This document shows, in pieces, positions 21,793 to 32,005 of a stretch of DNA of 64,000 bases (positions are counted from its first letter, which is position 1; the number at the start of each line of letters is the position of its first letter). The DNA lies in NCBI GenBank assembly GCA_963845065.1, contig CAWJQQ010000001.1:1248001-1312000 (forward strand), written 5' to 3'. Origin of the DNA: Nitrospirota bacterium (GTDB lineage: Bacteria > Nitrospirota > UBA9217). The notes under the pieces were generated by a model. The model saw only the letters and a program-made list of their open reading frames with translations, did no database searches and was not told the origin of the DNA. The position numbers were made by a program, and so were the translations under genes.

Positions 21793-21933
21793 ATGGCTAT
21801 GAAAGAGTTTATATATTACGGGTTCACGATTGTGTTGGTCTGTGTTTTTATAGGTATCGTGATCTACTTTTATCGTCCTAAACGGAAAGCGAAAGTGGAA
21901 CAACCGAAATACCGGATGCTCGATGATGATTGA
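21793..21933 (+). CDS. ccoQ: cbb3 oxidase small subunit (46 aa, below the ORF-track cutoff)
   Basis: MAMKEFIYYGFTIVLVCVFIGIVIYFYRPKRKAKVEQPKYRMLDDD*; single TM; lies between ccoO and ccoP. Confidence 0.8.
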   Translation: MAMKEFIYYGFTIVLVCVFIGIVIYFYRPKRKAKVEQPKYRMLDDD

Positions 21934-21972
21934 GATTGAGTAGCAAGCACGATGCTTTATGCGGAGACAAAC

Positions 21973-22461
21973 ATGAGCGAATATGATGGCATAAAAGAAC
22001 GGGAAGAGGGGAAGTCAAAAATGCCTTTGGGCATGACGATACTTTTTGCTGGGCTCATTATTATTGGGCTTTGCTATATGTATCTTTTTTCGCCTCAGAC
22101 GACTGGTTGGTCTGAGTTAAAACAGTATTACCAACACAGTGAGGCCTTAAAACAGAATATTACCATCCCGGAGGTGAAAGAAACGGCTCGGCCCGGCGAA
22201 TTCGGGAAGGAAGTCACCAGCGTGGCACTGGGCCCGGCATTGTATAAGGAAAATTGCGCCATGTGTCACGGCGAAAATTTCGAAGGCGGCATCGGCCCTG
22301 TACTGGGTGGCCCCAAGTTTATTTACGGTAATACGGTTGCCGATTATATACGCGTGATCAGCGCCGGCACGTCGAAAGGGATGCCGTCATTCTCGAGCCA
22401 GCTCAGTCCAGAAAAGATAAGTGCTGTGGCCCATTATGTTTTTTCCCACCATGCGAAGTAG
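21973..22461 (+). CDS. ccoP: cbb3 oxidase subunit III, short mono-haem form
   Basis: N-terminal 'EYDGIKE' FixP_N motif, TM, one CAMCH, 'GMPSF'. Confidence 0.85.
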   Translation: MSEYDGIKEREEGKSKMPLGMTILFAGLIIIGLCYMYLFSPQTTGWSELKQYYQHSEALKQNITIPEVKETARPGEFGKEVTSVALGPALYKENCAMCHGENFEGGIGPVLGGPKFIYGNTVADYIRVISAGTSKGMPSFSSQLSPEKISAVAHYVFSHHAK

Positions 22462-22467
22462 TCAGGA

Positions 22468-23715
22468 ATGAAAAAAATGTCTTTTCGGACCAAGCGTAGC
22501 ATTGTTGCGTGGTTGCAGGCAGTGATGCTGCTCGGTCTCCCCTTTATGAAGGTGAATGGCGAAAGCGCCTTTCGCTTTGATGTTCCGTCCCTCAAATTAT
22601 ACTTTTTTGGTTCTGTCATCGGGATAAGCGAGTCATACTTCTTCCTGCTTGTCTTTCTTCTTTTTTTTCTCGGCGTTATGATTGTAACGCTTCTCTACGG
22701 CCGCATCTGGTGCGGCTGGATGTGTCCTCAGTCGGTTCTGTCCGATTTCGCGAGACGGTTGATTGCCGTACCATGGATCAGCCGTCATAAGTACATCAGT
22801 CAGACCGTCTCGCATGGCATCCTCTTTATCTTTTCTACCCTTGTCGCAGCCGACCTGATCTGGTATTTTATCTCTCCCTATGACATGATAAGGGAAGTAT
22901 TCCACGGGTCGCTTGGATCCTGGACATCGGGCTCGTGGTTATTTTTTACCATACTGTTATACATGGACCTGGCTTTTGTTAGACAATATTTCTGTGGGTC
23001 CGTCTGCCCGTATGCGAGATTTCAAAGCGCTTTTTTTGATGACAGGACACTGACAATCGCTTTCGACCGGAAACATGCAGACGAATGCATGGGGTGCGAA
23101 GCATGCGTGCGTGCGTGTCCATCAGGGATAGATATTCGCGAGGGTCTTCAGGTTGAGTGCATCAACTGTGCTGAATGCATCGACGCATGCCGGTCACAGG
23201 CAGAGAAAATTGGAAAGAGGTTGCTTATTCGGTATGTCCCGGGATTATCAGGAGAGTCAGTCCCAAAGGGGAGGCGGGTCCGCGTGATATGGCTTTCTAT
23301 TGCCTTTGCCTGTATCGCTATGCAGCTTGCGTATCAAATTTATATCAGAGTGCCTGTTGATTTTTGGGTTTTTCGCGACGAGCCTCAACTGATCGAGCCA
23401 GAAGGCGATCACGACGGTATAATGAATTCCTATTCGATGACAATTGAAAACCGGTCACTTAACCCTGCTATTTATCAATTAAGTATTGCTGGGATAAAAA
23501 ATGCCGAACTGGAAATTTCACGAAATCCTTTCATCATCCCTTCAAATACTGGAATGAAAATGAATGTCAATGTGTATGTGAAGAGAAAGGACCTCACGTA
23601 CCGGCTCACACAGCTGCGTTTTATTCTTCAGAACCTTACCTCACGTGAGATAAAATTGGAACAGGAGGCTCCCTTCATCTATCCGGAACAGACGGAACAG
23701 GAGAAAGAAATATAG
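22468..23715 (+). CDS. ccoG: cbb3 accessory polyferredoxin
   Basis: GRIWCGWMCPQ, CGSVCPY, CMGCEACVRACP, CINCAECIDAC, FixG_C-like tail. Confidence 0.9.
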   Translation: MKKMSFRTKRSIVAWLQAVMLLGLPFMKVNGESAFRFDVPSLKLYFFGSVIGISESYFFLLVFLLFFLGVMIVTLLYGRIWCGWMCPQSVLSDFARRLIAVPWISRHKYISQTVSHGILFIFSTLVAADLIWYFISPYDMIREVFHGSLGSWTSGSWLFFTILLYMDLAFVRQYFCGSVCPYARFQSAFFDDRTLTIAFDRKHADECMGCEACVRACPSGIDIREGLQVECINCAECIDACRSQAEKIGKRLLIRYVPGLSGESVPKGRRVRVIWLSIAFACIAMQLAYQIYIRVPVDFWVFRDEPQLIEPEGDHDGIMNSYSMTIENRSLNPAIYQLSIAGIKNAELEISRNPFIIPSNTGMKMNVNVYVKRKDLTYRLTQLRFILQNLTSREIKLEQEAPFIYPEQTEQEKEI

Positions 23716-23780
23716 TTTGGTAACGGATTATATGGATGAGATAGGACAGAAACACATGGGAAATAGGGTATAATAATACT

Positions 23781-23924
23781 ATGCTCTGGACAATCCTAGC
23801 GCTAATAGTTCTTATGTTTTTTTTGGGACTTGCCGCCTGGTTCACTTTTATTTGGGCCGTAAAGACGGGTCAGTTCGATGACATAGAACGACCGAAACAC
23901 CGGATGCTCGATGATGACAGTTGA
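23781..23924 (+). CDS. ccoS: cbb3 oxidase assembly protein (47 aa)
   Basis: MLWTILALIVLMFFLGLAAWFTFIWAVKTGQFDDIERPKHRMLDDDS*; hallmark 'FxWAVKxGQFDD'. Confidence 0.85.
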   Translation: MLWTILALIVLMFFLGLAAWFTFIWAVKTGQFDDIERPKHRMLDDDS

Positions 23925-24235
23925 TAGATATATCGAGTAACGCGATCTAAAGCCTGAAGAAAGAATAGCATCGCAAAGGATGCAAGCCGAATTGCTCTGC
24001 GCCAGACTGACGATTCGTTATTTCGTCATTATGGCATAGCAGCGTTCATGCAAACTGAATTGCTCAGAAAACATATCCAATCTTCATGCATCACTGCCGA
24101 GATGCATGCTCCGATGTACTTGTCAGACAGGTTATTCCTGAAAGTCCTTCACGCAGGTGCGGTCAACAATTGACAGAGTGAACTGTAAAAAAACCTTGAC
24201 ACATCAAGGAGATTTGGTATATTCTCATTTCAATT

Positions 24236-24259
24236 ATTTAATTAACCGGTTAGTTAAAT
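24236..24259. promoter_or_regulatory. Palindromic operator, probably TetR autoregulatory
   Basis: ATTTAATTAACCGGTTAGTTAAAT dyad between a TTGACA/TATATT promoter and the TetR ATG. Confidence 0.55.
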
Positions 24260-24263
24260 AGCC

Positions 24264-24920
24264 ATGGAACATCGCATATCACAAAAACATACAGCCGGCC
24301 GCCGCCCTAAAGCGGGACGCTCAGATGGCGATACGCGCGTTGAAATACTTACCGCTGCGCGTCGAGTGTTCGCACAACGCGGCTTCGATGGAACCACGGT
24401 TCGAGAGGTTGCGCATGCAGCGAGGGTGAACAACGCGATGATCTATTACCATTTCAAGGATAAAGGTGCTCTCTATCGTGCCGTTCTGAGCGACTCATTT
24501 TCAACACTTATTGATATCTGGAACGACCCTGTTTTTACCTCAAAAACATCGGTACGCCGAAAAATCGAAAAGTATGTTGAAAGCTTCATACATTTCCAAA
24601 TAGGTAATGAGGACCTGCGCAGAATCATGGCCATGGAATTTGCAGGAAACAGTGGAAACATAACCTGGATCTGTGATCAGTATTTTGCAGACAATTATGC
24701 CCACCTTGTAGCGTTGCTGAAAGAAGGGATGAAGAGGGGCGAACTAAAAAAATTCGAACCCTCACTGGCTGTTACCTCGTTAATTGGGGTTATTATCCAC
24801 AATTTCATTTTGCAGCCTATGGCGGAACACGTACATGGAAAATGCATGAATCTGTCTTCGAAAAAATTTGGGGCGTTTGTGACGGATCTCTTTTTCAGCG
24901 GACTGGCACTCGTTAAATGA
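24264..24920 (+). CDS. TetR/AcrR family regulator
   Basis: 'ILTAARRVFAQRGFDGTTVREVA...IYYHFKDKGALY'. Confidence 0.92.
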   Translation: MEHRISQKHTAGRRPKAGRSDGDTRVEILTAARRVFAQRGFDGTTVREVAHAARVNNAMIYYHFKDKGALYRAVLSDSFSTLIDIWNDPVFTSKTSVRRKIEKYVESFIHFQIGNEDLRRIMAMEFAGNSGNITWICDQYFADNYAHLVALLKEGMKRGELKKFEPSLAVTSLIGVIIHNFILQPMAEHVHGKCMNLSSKKFGAFVTDLFFSGLALVK

Positions 24921-25059
24921 GAAAGAATAAAGCTCGCACCACATATTATTAGGTTTTCCAATCATGAAAATATTGCATCCTTTTATTGCTATGCTGACAT
25001 GCACCGGATCGGCCGTACAAGCGCAGATCGTGGATTCGGTCTGCCTGATGGGGTGTGTT

Positions 25060-25260
25060 CGATCGTCACGATAGACGCAGCAATCGTACTTGGTTTGATG
25101 TCAAAGCTTTGAAGCCGGAGAAGGCGCGAAATGCAGCGCCGTAATGACCATTGTAATGATCGGTGGCTAGCTCGCCTAGAAGCTGCTGGCTTTCGTGGTT
25201 ATCACTGTCGTGTATATGCTCGTGGATGACCAGAAGAACTATTTAGAAAGTAAGGAGTAA
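25060..25260 (+). pseudogene. Remnant of an AcrB-type RND permease C-terminus
   Basis: From 25111 reads EAGEGAKCSAVMTIVMIGG*LA*KLLAFVVITVVYMLVDDQK, matching the AcrB final TM pattern, with two in-frame stops. Confidence 0.6.
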
Positions 25261-25383
25261 AGGAACAGGTAACCACAGATGAATGTGGGGAAAAAATATC
25301 TTTCTGTGTTTCTTTTTAAGAAATAAAAATCTAGATTGATGCTTATTCTTGACATCAGTGGTTACACTCAGTGATATCCCAAT

Positions 25384-26202
25384 ATGCTTAAACTCGGCCA
25401 TATCCTCTACTCGAATTGTTTCCCTCCACATTCCGGAATTGTCTTACAGAAGGTCGTTTTCCCCTTCAAATTGGTAGAAGGTATTCCGACACAATTGAAC
25501 CGCATGCTTTCCGAAGGTACGATTGATGTGTCACCCTCATCTTCCATTGAGTATGCTGTAAACAAGGGACGCTATACTCTGCTGCCGGACCTTTCCATTA
25601 CCTCAAAAAATAAAGTTATGAGCATCCTCTTGGAGAGCAAAGTCCCCATTGAGGAACTTGCCAATAAGATTGTCGCATTAACCACGGCGTCTGCCACATC
25701 GGTCGTGCTACTCCGCATTCTTCTCGAAATACAGTACGCTGTGAACCCCAGGTATATACTCTTTGATCAGGGCGCCGAAGACCCTTCACAAAGAGCAGAC
25801 GCAATGCTCACAATCGGTGATTTGGCAATTCAGAGGGCTGCGGTATCAATCTATCCTCATTGCTATGACCTTGGTGAACTCTGGCACAAATTTACGGGAC
25901 TCCCTTTTGTATTTGCGCTCTGGCAGGTAAATGACAGAAAAAAAATACACAATGACCTTGCACGGTTGTATGATATTATTATGGAGTCAAGAACTTATGG
26001 GCTGACCCACCTCAAGGAAATAGCCGAAACGAGCACGGGGCGGTTTAATATCCCAGCCGCTGTACTCTTAAAGTATTGGAATTTATTTAGTTACAGGTTC
26101 GGTGAAGAAGAGCAAAATGGATTGTTGACATATTATGGATATGCAGCTGAGCTTGGGGCAATAGAGACGGAGAATGACCTGCGCTTCTGGACGAGGGATT
26201 GA
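25384..26202 (+). CDS. mqnA: Chorismate dehydratase (futalosine menaquinone pathway)
   Basis: 'GHILYSNCFP', 'SATSVVLL', 'IGDLA', 'DLGELW...GLPFVFALW'. Confidence 0.85.
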   Translation: MLKLGHILYSNCFPPHSGIVLQKVVFPFKLVEGIPTQLNRMLSEGTIDVSPSSSIEYAVNKGRYTLLPDLSITSKNKVMSILLESKVPIEELANKIVALTTASATSVVLLRILLEIQYAVNPRYILFDQGAEDPSQRADAMLTIGDLAIQRAAVSIYPHCYDLGELWHKFTGLPFVFALWQVNDRKKIHNDLARLYDIIMESRTYGLTHLKEIAETSTGRFNIPAAVLLKYWNLFSYRFGEEEQNGLLTYYGYAAELGAIETENDLRFWTRD

Positions 26203-26225
26203 GAGGAGCTCAAGTAGATACTATC

Positions 26226-27212
26226 ATGTCGGTTTCTCATATTAATTCAAGTGCACACGATCATGAGCATAACCATGATCACGACCATGCTCATGTCCAC
26301 GAGAATCTCCGCGTAACCACGGGCGGGCAGCGGGACCTCTTGATCGCTTTGTCAATCACGATACTGATGATGATCGTCGAGGTCGTCGGCGGTCTTTTAT
26401 CGAACAGCCTTGCACTCTTATCCGATGCTGGCCATATGTTTACAGACAACCTCGCATTGCTGCTTTCCTTTTTTGCTATGAAGTTTGCCACTAGACCGGC
26501 GACAGAAAAAAAGACCTTTGGTTTTTACCGGCTTGAAATTCTTGCTGCTTTGCTGAATGGCATTGTGCTCGTCCTTATCTCGATCTACATCATGTACCAG
26601 GCATACTTGAGAATGATTCATCCGCAGCCGGTTGAAGGGCAACTGATGCTGATCGTAGCAATCATCGGCCTGGTTGCAAACGTGGCTGGAGCTTTTATCC
26701 TCTTTAAACACAGCCATGCCAGCCTGAATATCAGGGGTGCGTACCTGCATATCGTTGGAGACGCTCTTTCATCAATTGGCGTTGTGATCGGCGGCATCAT
26801 AATTATCTATGCCGGTTGGTACCTGATCGACCCAATCCTTAGTATCGTTATTTCCATGATCATCATTTATGGATCATGGTCTCTGGTCAGGGAATCGGTC
26901 AATATCCTTCTGGAGTCGGTGCCGTCCCATATCGACATCGATACAGTCACCGCCGAGTTAGAACAAGTAAAGGGCGTCCGCGAAGCATACCACATCCATA
27001 TCTGGGCCATAACTTCCGGTGTTTATTCCATGAGCGCCCACGTGCTGATCGACGATCAGCTGATAAGCGGGTGCAGGAATATTATTGATGAGATCCGGGA
27101 ACTATTGTCGAAGAAATTCAAAATACTCCATAGTACTATCCAGATTGAATGCGATCGGTGCAACATTGGCCCGGTGTGTAGTCTTCCGACTGATTCACGG
27201 AAAGAACAATGA
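26226..27212 (+). CDS. Cation diffusion facilitator (CzcD/ZitB-like)
   Basis: His-rich N-terminus, 'SLALLSDAGHMFTD', 'GAYLHIVGD', 'HIHIW'. Confidence 0.92.
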   Translation: MSVSHINSSAHDHEHNHDHDHAHVHENLRVTTGGQRDLLIALSITILMMIVEVVGGLLSNSLALLSDAGHMFTDNLALLLSFFAMKFATRPATEKKTFGFYRLEILAALLNGIVLVLISIYIMYQAYLRMIHPQPVEGQLMLIVAIIGLVANVAGAFILFKHSHASLNIRGAYLHIVGDALSSIGVVIGGIIIIYAGWYLIDPILSIVISMIIIYGSWSLVRESVNILLESVPSHIDIDTVTAELEQVKGVREAYHIHIWAITSGVYSMSAHVLIDDQLISGCRNIIDEIRELLSKKFKILHSTIQIECDRCNIGPVCSLPTDSRKEQ

Positions 27213-27221
27213 TACTGCTGT

Positions 27222-27827
27222 TTGAATGGATCGAAAGGGCCGATGAAATACATAGGGCGTAAGATCTATCACATTCTGGGTGGCATGGGACTTTTGTCGC
27301 TCTATTTTGTTTTCAATAGAAACACGGCCTTTACCGTCTACGGTGTCCTTATCGTTGTCGTCCTGATGTTCGAGATTGTCCGGATCAGACGTCCTGTTTG
27401 GAATAATTATATCTATACCCACCTAGGCGGCGTTATTCGTGCAAATGAAGAGCAGAAAATGACCGGCACGGTGCCCTATATACTAGGCGTCGGCTTATCA
27501 CTCTACGCCTATTCAACACCCGTTGCTACAGCTGCAATTTGTTTTCTGGCCTTTGGCGATGTCGCTGCTACGACGATCGGTGAACGCTACGGGAAGACGA
27601 AAATCGGAGGTAAAAGTCTTGAAGGTACGGCAGCATTCATTGTTGCTTCACTTTTAGTAGGTTTTCTCTTGCCCGTCGTCGGATTAAAACTCGCATCATG
27701 GGTGATGGTACTTGGCGCTCTGGCAGCTGCCTGTATTGAACTGCTACCGATTTCTCTGAACGATAATCTAATAATCCCAATCATGTCCGGCGCAGTTATG
27801 GCACTTGCTAGCACGTGGGCCAATTGA
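27222..27827 (+). CDS. CTP-dependent diacylglycerol/polyprenol kinase (SEC59/DGK1/VTE5 family)
   Basis: 'RKIYH', 'LAFGDVAA', 'KSLEGT', 'NDNLIIP'. Confidence 0.82.
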   Translation: MNGSKGPMKYIGRKIYHILGGMGLLSLYFVFNRNTAFTVYGVLIVVVLMFEIVRIRRPVWNNYIYTHLGGVIRANEEQKMTGTVPYILGVGLSLYAYSTPVATAAICFLAFGDVAATTIGERYGKTKIGGKSLEGTAAFIVASLLVGFLLPVVGLKLASWVMVLGALAAACIELLPISLNDNLIIPIMSGAVMALASTWAN

Positions 27828-27861
27828 CAAGATACGAATCAGTTCCCCGACTATTACTCCG

Positions 27862-29196
27862 ATGGCTGCAGGTATGTCAGAAAATAAATGGTCAGTTATG
27901 CGTTTTTTTGCTTTCATAAGCATGCTGTTGATAAGTATGCTTGTTCCTGCTTTTGCCGGGACAATGCTCACGCTCAATGACTGCATCGAAAACGCACTTG
28001 CCAATCACCCTTCCATCCGGGCTGCGCAGGCATCCTTAAACGCTGGGCAGGGAAGGGTCATTCAGGCGGCGTCACCTTATCTGCCCCAGCTTACCGCGAG
28101 CACGGGTTACTCTGATAGCCATCAACTGGGAGGTGCTTTTGGAGAAACTATCACGAAAAGCTACACGACCACACTGTCCTTAAATCAAATGCTGTACGAT
28201 TTCGGCAGGACTGGCAATGCTCTTGACGCGGCGCGATTCGGGACACAATCAGCTGAAAGGGACATCGACCGCGTTGTCCAGGAAGTAGTGCTCAATGTCA
28301 AACAGGCTTATTATGCCTTACTCCAGGCTAAGAAACTGGTAAGTGTTGCCAAGCAAACGCTAGAGCAGACCAAAAGCCACATGAATCAAGCAGAAGCCTT
28401 TTTTCGGGCAGGTTCCAAGCCGAGATACGATGTTACCCGCGCCGAGGTCGATGTAAACAGCGCGAAGCTCGGCTTAATAAATGCGGAGAATGCCGTTCGC
28501 TTGAACACCATATCCCTCTACAATGCAATGGGTCTAGATCCGGTCCGCGATGTTGAGATTGAGGATGTACTTTCTCAGCCGTCTACACTCCCTTCTCTCG
28601 ACGAGGCGCAGACTGCAGCGCTAAAAAATCGTCCAGAAATGCTGAAAGCGGAAATAGATATTCAGGCTGCACAGTCCCAAATAAAGACAGAACAATCAAA
28701 CTATCTGCCAACGCTTTCAGCAAACGGCGCCTACAACTGGACGCATGGTACCGTACAAGCAGGTTCTTTCGAGGGCATCCCTCTCGTAGGCGAGATTCAG
28801 GATAGCTGGAACGCGGGCGTGATGCTTTCGATGCCTCTTTTTGATGGCAGGCTCACCAACGGTCGGGTAAGCGAGGCACGGGCGAATAAACATTCATTTG
28901 AAGCGCAGCGAGATAGCCTCAGACAGTCTATACTTCTCGAAGTAAACCAGTCATACGCTGACATGGAAAGCGCAGCTGCGAGGATAGCAGTGATGGAGAG
29001 CTCCCTCAAAAGCGCACAGGAGAGCTTGGACCTGGCTGAAGGCAGATATCGGGAAGGTGTCGGCCCTTCGATCGAAGTGACAGATGCACAAGTAGCTGAT
29101 GCGAAAGCGAAGAGTGATTATGTACAGGCTCTCTATGACTATCAGCTCGCGGCCGCAAAACTTGCGAAGGCCATGGGAAATGGATTGGAGCGGTGA
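27862..29196 (+). CDS. TolC-family outer membrane efflux protein
   Basis: Signal peptide and two OEP repeats ('LYDFG', 'VKQAYY', 'RYREG'); start uncertain. Confidence 0.9.
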   Translation: MAAGMSENKWSVMRFFAFISMLLISMLVPAFAGTMLTLNDCIENALANHPSIRAAQASLNAGQGRVIQAASPYLPQLTASTGYSDSHQLGGAFGETITKSYTTTLSLNQMLYDFGRTGNALDAARFGTQSAERDIDRVVQEVVLNVKQAYYALLQAKKLVSVAKQTLEQTKSHMNQAEAFFRAGSKPRYDVTRAEVDVNSAKLGLINAENAVRLNTISLYNAMGLDPVRDVEIEDVLSQPSTLPSLDEAQTAALKNRPEMLKAEIDIQAAQSQIKTEQSNYLPTLSANGAYNWTHGTVQAGSFEGIPLVGEIQDSWNAGVMLSMPLFDGRLTNGRVSEARANKHSFEAQRDSLRQSILLEVNQSYADMESAAARIAVMESSLKSAQESLDLAEGRYREGVGPSIEVTDAQVADAKAKSDYVQALYDYQLAAAKLAKAMGNGLER

Positions 29197-29298
29197 TTCG
29201 AATTAAATTTACGAGTTGCTAAGGGCGTAGCAACGAGTTCGATAAAGTTTAATTTGGGAAAAACCGAACTAGATCAGCTAGTTTAAACGAGGCGCACC

Positions 29299-29757
29299 AT
29301 GCCCGTGAAGGAAGTTGTGTTTACTGTTAAGTTGCCGATAAGAAGCGTCTAGTTATTTATGAATGATCGTCCCGAAGTGGGCTGTTTGTTTCCGGGATGC
29401 ATGGGCGTCGATATCCTAAACGATCTCGATTCGATCTGGGTGGTAAAAATGTCGCTGGGGCCCTTTTCACGGACCATCGAGATTCATGCCCATACCACGG
29501 AGATCATAGAAAACCAAAAGCTGGCATGGACTGCGGCGCATGAACACCTTATAACGTCAGGAATCGCTAGTTTTCGTAAGATATCCGATAATGAAACCGA
29601 ATTAACGTACCGCCTGGAAGGGCATGTTACGGGACGTTTAGGTTTTCTGCAGGAAATTATTGTTGCAGAAAAATTGGGAGAGGTGACGAGAGCTTTCATG
29701 AAAAATATTAAAGAGCGGCTTGAAGATGGGGCGGATAACAAATCAAAGGAATTATGA
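29299..29757 (+). pseudogene. SRPBCC/CoxG-family protein interrupted by an in-frame TAG
   Basis: GAGG RBS + ATG29299: MPVKEVVFTVKLPIRSV*LFMNDRPEVGCLFPG; TAG at 29350-29352. Confidence 0.65.
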
Positions 29758-29758
29758 A

Positions 29759-30859
29759 ATGGCGATAGTTTCCACGGTTCTTAAAAGTAAGATAAGCTGG
29801 GCCGTTGCAGCCGCTGTAGTTGTGGCCGCTTTCGCCGTTATAGCCAGCAGCAAACCAGTCATGGTCAGGATAGTTAAACTCAAAATGGGCGAACTACGCG
29901 TCATCGTAAACGCGACGACAACATCCACGGTAAAGTCGGAAACTGAAGTCACTCTCTCAGCTCAAGAGACAGGCAGGGTGGTAAAACTACCGGTGAAGGA
30001 AGGGGACACGGTCAAAACAGGAGCTTTGATAGCGCAGCTCGATCTAACTGAGGAATCCGTACAGACCGAAAGCGTGCTCGGTCAAAGCAAAGCAACGTAC
30101 CAGGAAGCGGATAAAAATCTGAAACGCATGCAGGGCCTGTTCGACAAAGGAATGATTGCACAGCAGGACCTTGATACTGTAAGGCGGACCTACGAGGTCG
30201 CGAAAACGCAGTATGATGCAGCCCGGGAAGACGATAAGGTAAAGAAGGATTATTCCGTTATCAGGGCGCCTTTCGACGGCGTGATTTCGAAGAAATACAC
30301 CGAAGTAGGCGAGCTCTTGATGCCGGGTAAACAAATCGTTACGATCGTTAATCCCAGACTTATTTACGTCCTCGCAACGATAGATGAGGTTGACGTAGGC
30401 AGGCTCCGTATTTCGCAGCCGGTTTCGATCACCGTAGATGCTTTCCCCGGAGAAAAATTTCAAGGGACCATTAAACGCATTTCCCCGATTGTGAGTGGCG
30501 GCAAACTTGAGACCCGTACTGCGGACGTATGGATATACTTCAACGAGAAACAACCAAGGATCAAGCCGGGGATGTCGGCGGACGTGGAAATTCTTGTGGC
30601 GACTCTTCAAAATGTTCTATCTGTCCCTTCCCAGGCAGTCATCGAGCGGGATGGGAAAAAACAAGTCTTCATGGCCGATGGAAGCTCACTGAAACCGGGC
30701 GCAAGTGCCGTCGCGAGACTACGTCCTGTTCAAATAGGCGAGACCAACTGGAGTAATACTCAGATTACCGACGGCCTTAAGCCTGGCGATTACGTTATCA
30801 CGACGCCGGAAGCCGTGGGATTGAAAGACGGCGCGAAGGTCAAAATAGAGCAAGAATAA
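29759..30859 (+). CDS. Efflux periplasmic adaptor (MacA-like)
   Basis: 'GRVVKLPVKEGDTV', 'IRAPFDGVI', 'IKPGMSA'. Confidence 0.9.
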   Translation: MAIVSTVLKSKISWAVAAAVVVAAFAVIASSKPVMVRIVKLKMGELRVIVNATTTSTVKSETEVTLSAQETGRVVKLPVKEGDTVKTGALIAQLDLTEESVQTESVLGQSKATYQEADKNLKRMQGLFDKGMIAQQDLDTVRRTYEVAKTQYDAAREDDKVKKDYSVIRAPFDGVISKKYTEVGELLMPGKQIVTIVNPRLIYVLATIDEVDVGRLRISQPVSITVDAFPGEKFQGTIKRISPIVSGGKLETRTADVWIYFNEKQPRIKPGMSADVEILVATLQNVLSVPSQAVIERDGKKQVFMADGSSLKPGASAVARLRPVQIGETNWSNTQITDGLKPGDYVITTPEAVGLKDGAKVKIEQE

Positions 30860-31327
30860 TCGGTAAAGAGCATAGATTCTAAACGCGTTTTGGTATTTTC
30901 CGACGCTTTAGCAGCAAAAAAGGCCTTGGTTTTAGATTTTGGGATGAATTGCGGTACCGTTAACGTTTTCTATCATCGCGGTATATGTATCGTACTCTCT
31001 TTGGAAGCCAACGATATGAGGTTCCAGTGACCAAGTTATCGGGTAAAAATATTTTTCTGTCTTCGACATTGCCGAACTGATTCAGTCTGGCCGGATGATT
31101 GCCTGTTCCTAGAACGGTCGGTGTCGATATTGCAATGGCAAGCGACAAATGATCAGATTCTTTTCTAAAGACTTTGGCCTGCGGGCTTGAGACAGAGTTG
31201 TTTGCCCGTTCAAAACGGATCAATGACCGTTTGCCTTTACTACCATTAGAACCTTTTGCCTTCAGGCATGGAGTAGGTAAGCCCTACTTTGCACTATATA
31301 AATGATATTCCGTATTGACCTTTGTTC

Positions 31328-32005
31328 ATGATAAATCTCTCCAATATAACAAAAACTTACCATATGGGCGAGTTGGATATCACCGTCTTAGCAGGTATAA
31401 CTCTTAGTATCAAACCGGGTGAACTCATTGCAGTTATGGGGCCATCTGGTTCGGGAAAATCGACGCTCATGAACATAATCGGCTGCCTCGACAGGCCGAC
31501 AAGCGGGGTCTATCATTTCGAGGACCGGGAAATCAGCACTTTATCCGACGATGAACTCGCTTCGGTAAGAAATGTCAAGATCGGATTTGTATTCCAAACA
31601 TTTAATTTGCTGCCGCGGCTCTCAGCCCTGAAAAACGTCGAGGTTCCTCTCATTTATAGCGGAGTGCCTGCTCGTACCAGGAAGGAACGGGCTGCGCCGA
31701 TGCTTGAGCGGGTTGGTCTAGCCGAACGCATGTATCATAAGCCCACGGAACTTTCAGGAGGGCAGCAGCAAAGAGTTGCTATTGCTCGCGCTCTCGTGAA
31801 TAACCCCCCTCTTCTTCTCGCTGATGAACCTACGGGCAATCTGGACAGCCGTTCCGGCGAGGAAATCCTGAATATTCTAACGGAGCTTAATAAACAAGGG
31901 GTTACGGTCGTCATTGTCACCCACGACCAGAACGTGGCAGGCCGGTGCAAAAGGAATATTCATTTGAAGGATGGACAGATTATAGAAGACCAGGTGGTTT
32001 TATGA
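31328..32005 (+). CDS. MacB/LolD-type ABC ATPase
   Basis: GPSGSGKST, IGFVFQ, LSGGQQQR, ADEPTGNLD. Confidence 0.93.
   Translation: MINLSNITKTYHMGELDITVLAGITLSIKPGELIAVMGPSGSGKSTLMNIIGCLDRPTSGVYHFEDREISTLSDDELASVRNVKIGFVFQTFNLLPRLSALKNVEVPLIYSGVPARTRKERAAPMLERVGLAERMYHKPTELSGGQQQRVAIARALVNNPPLLLADEPTGNLDSRSGEEILNILTELNKQGVTVVIVTHDQNVAGRCKRNIHLKDGQIIEDQVVL

Noticed and set aside
30960..31223. 87-aa minus-strand ORF in the macA-macB gap
   Set aside because: No RBS or family motif; the 460-nt gap remains unexplained
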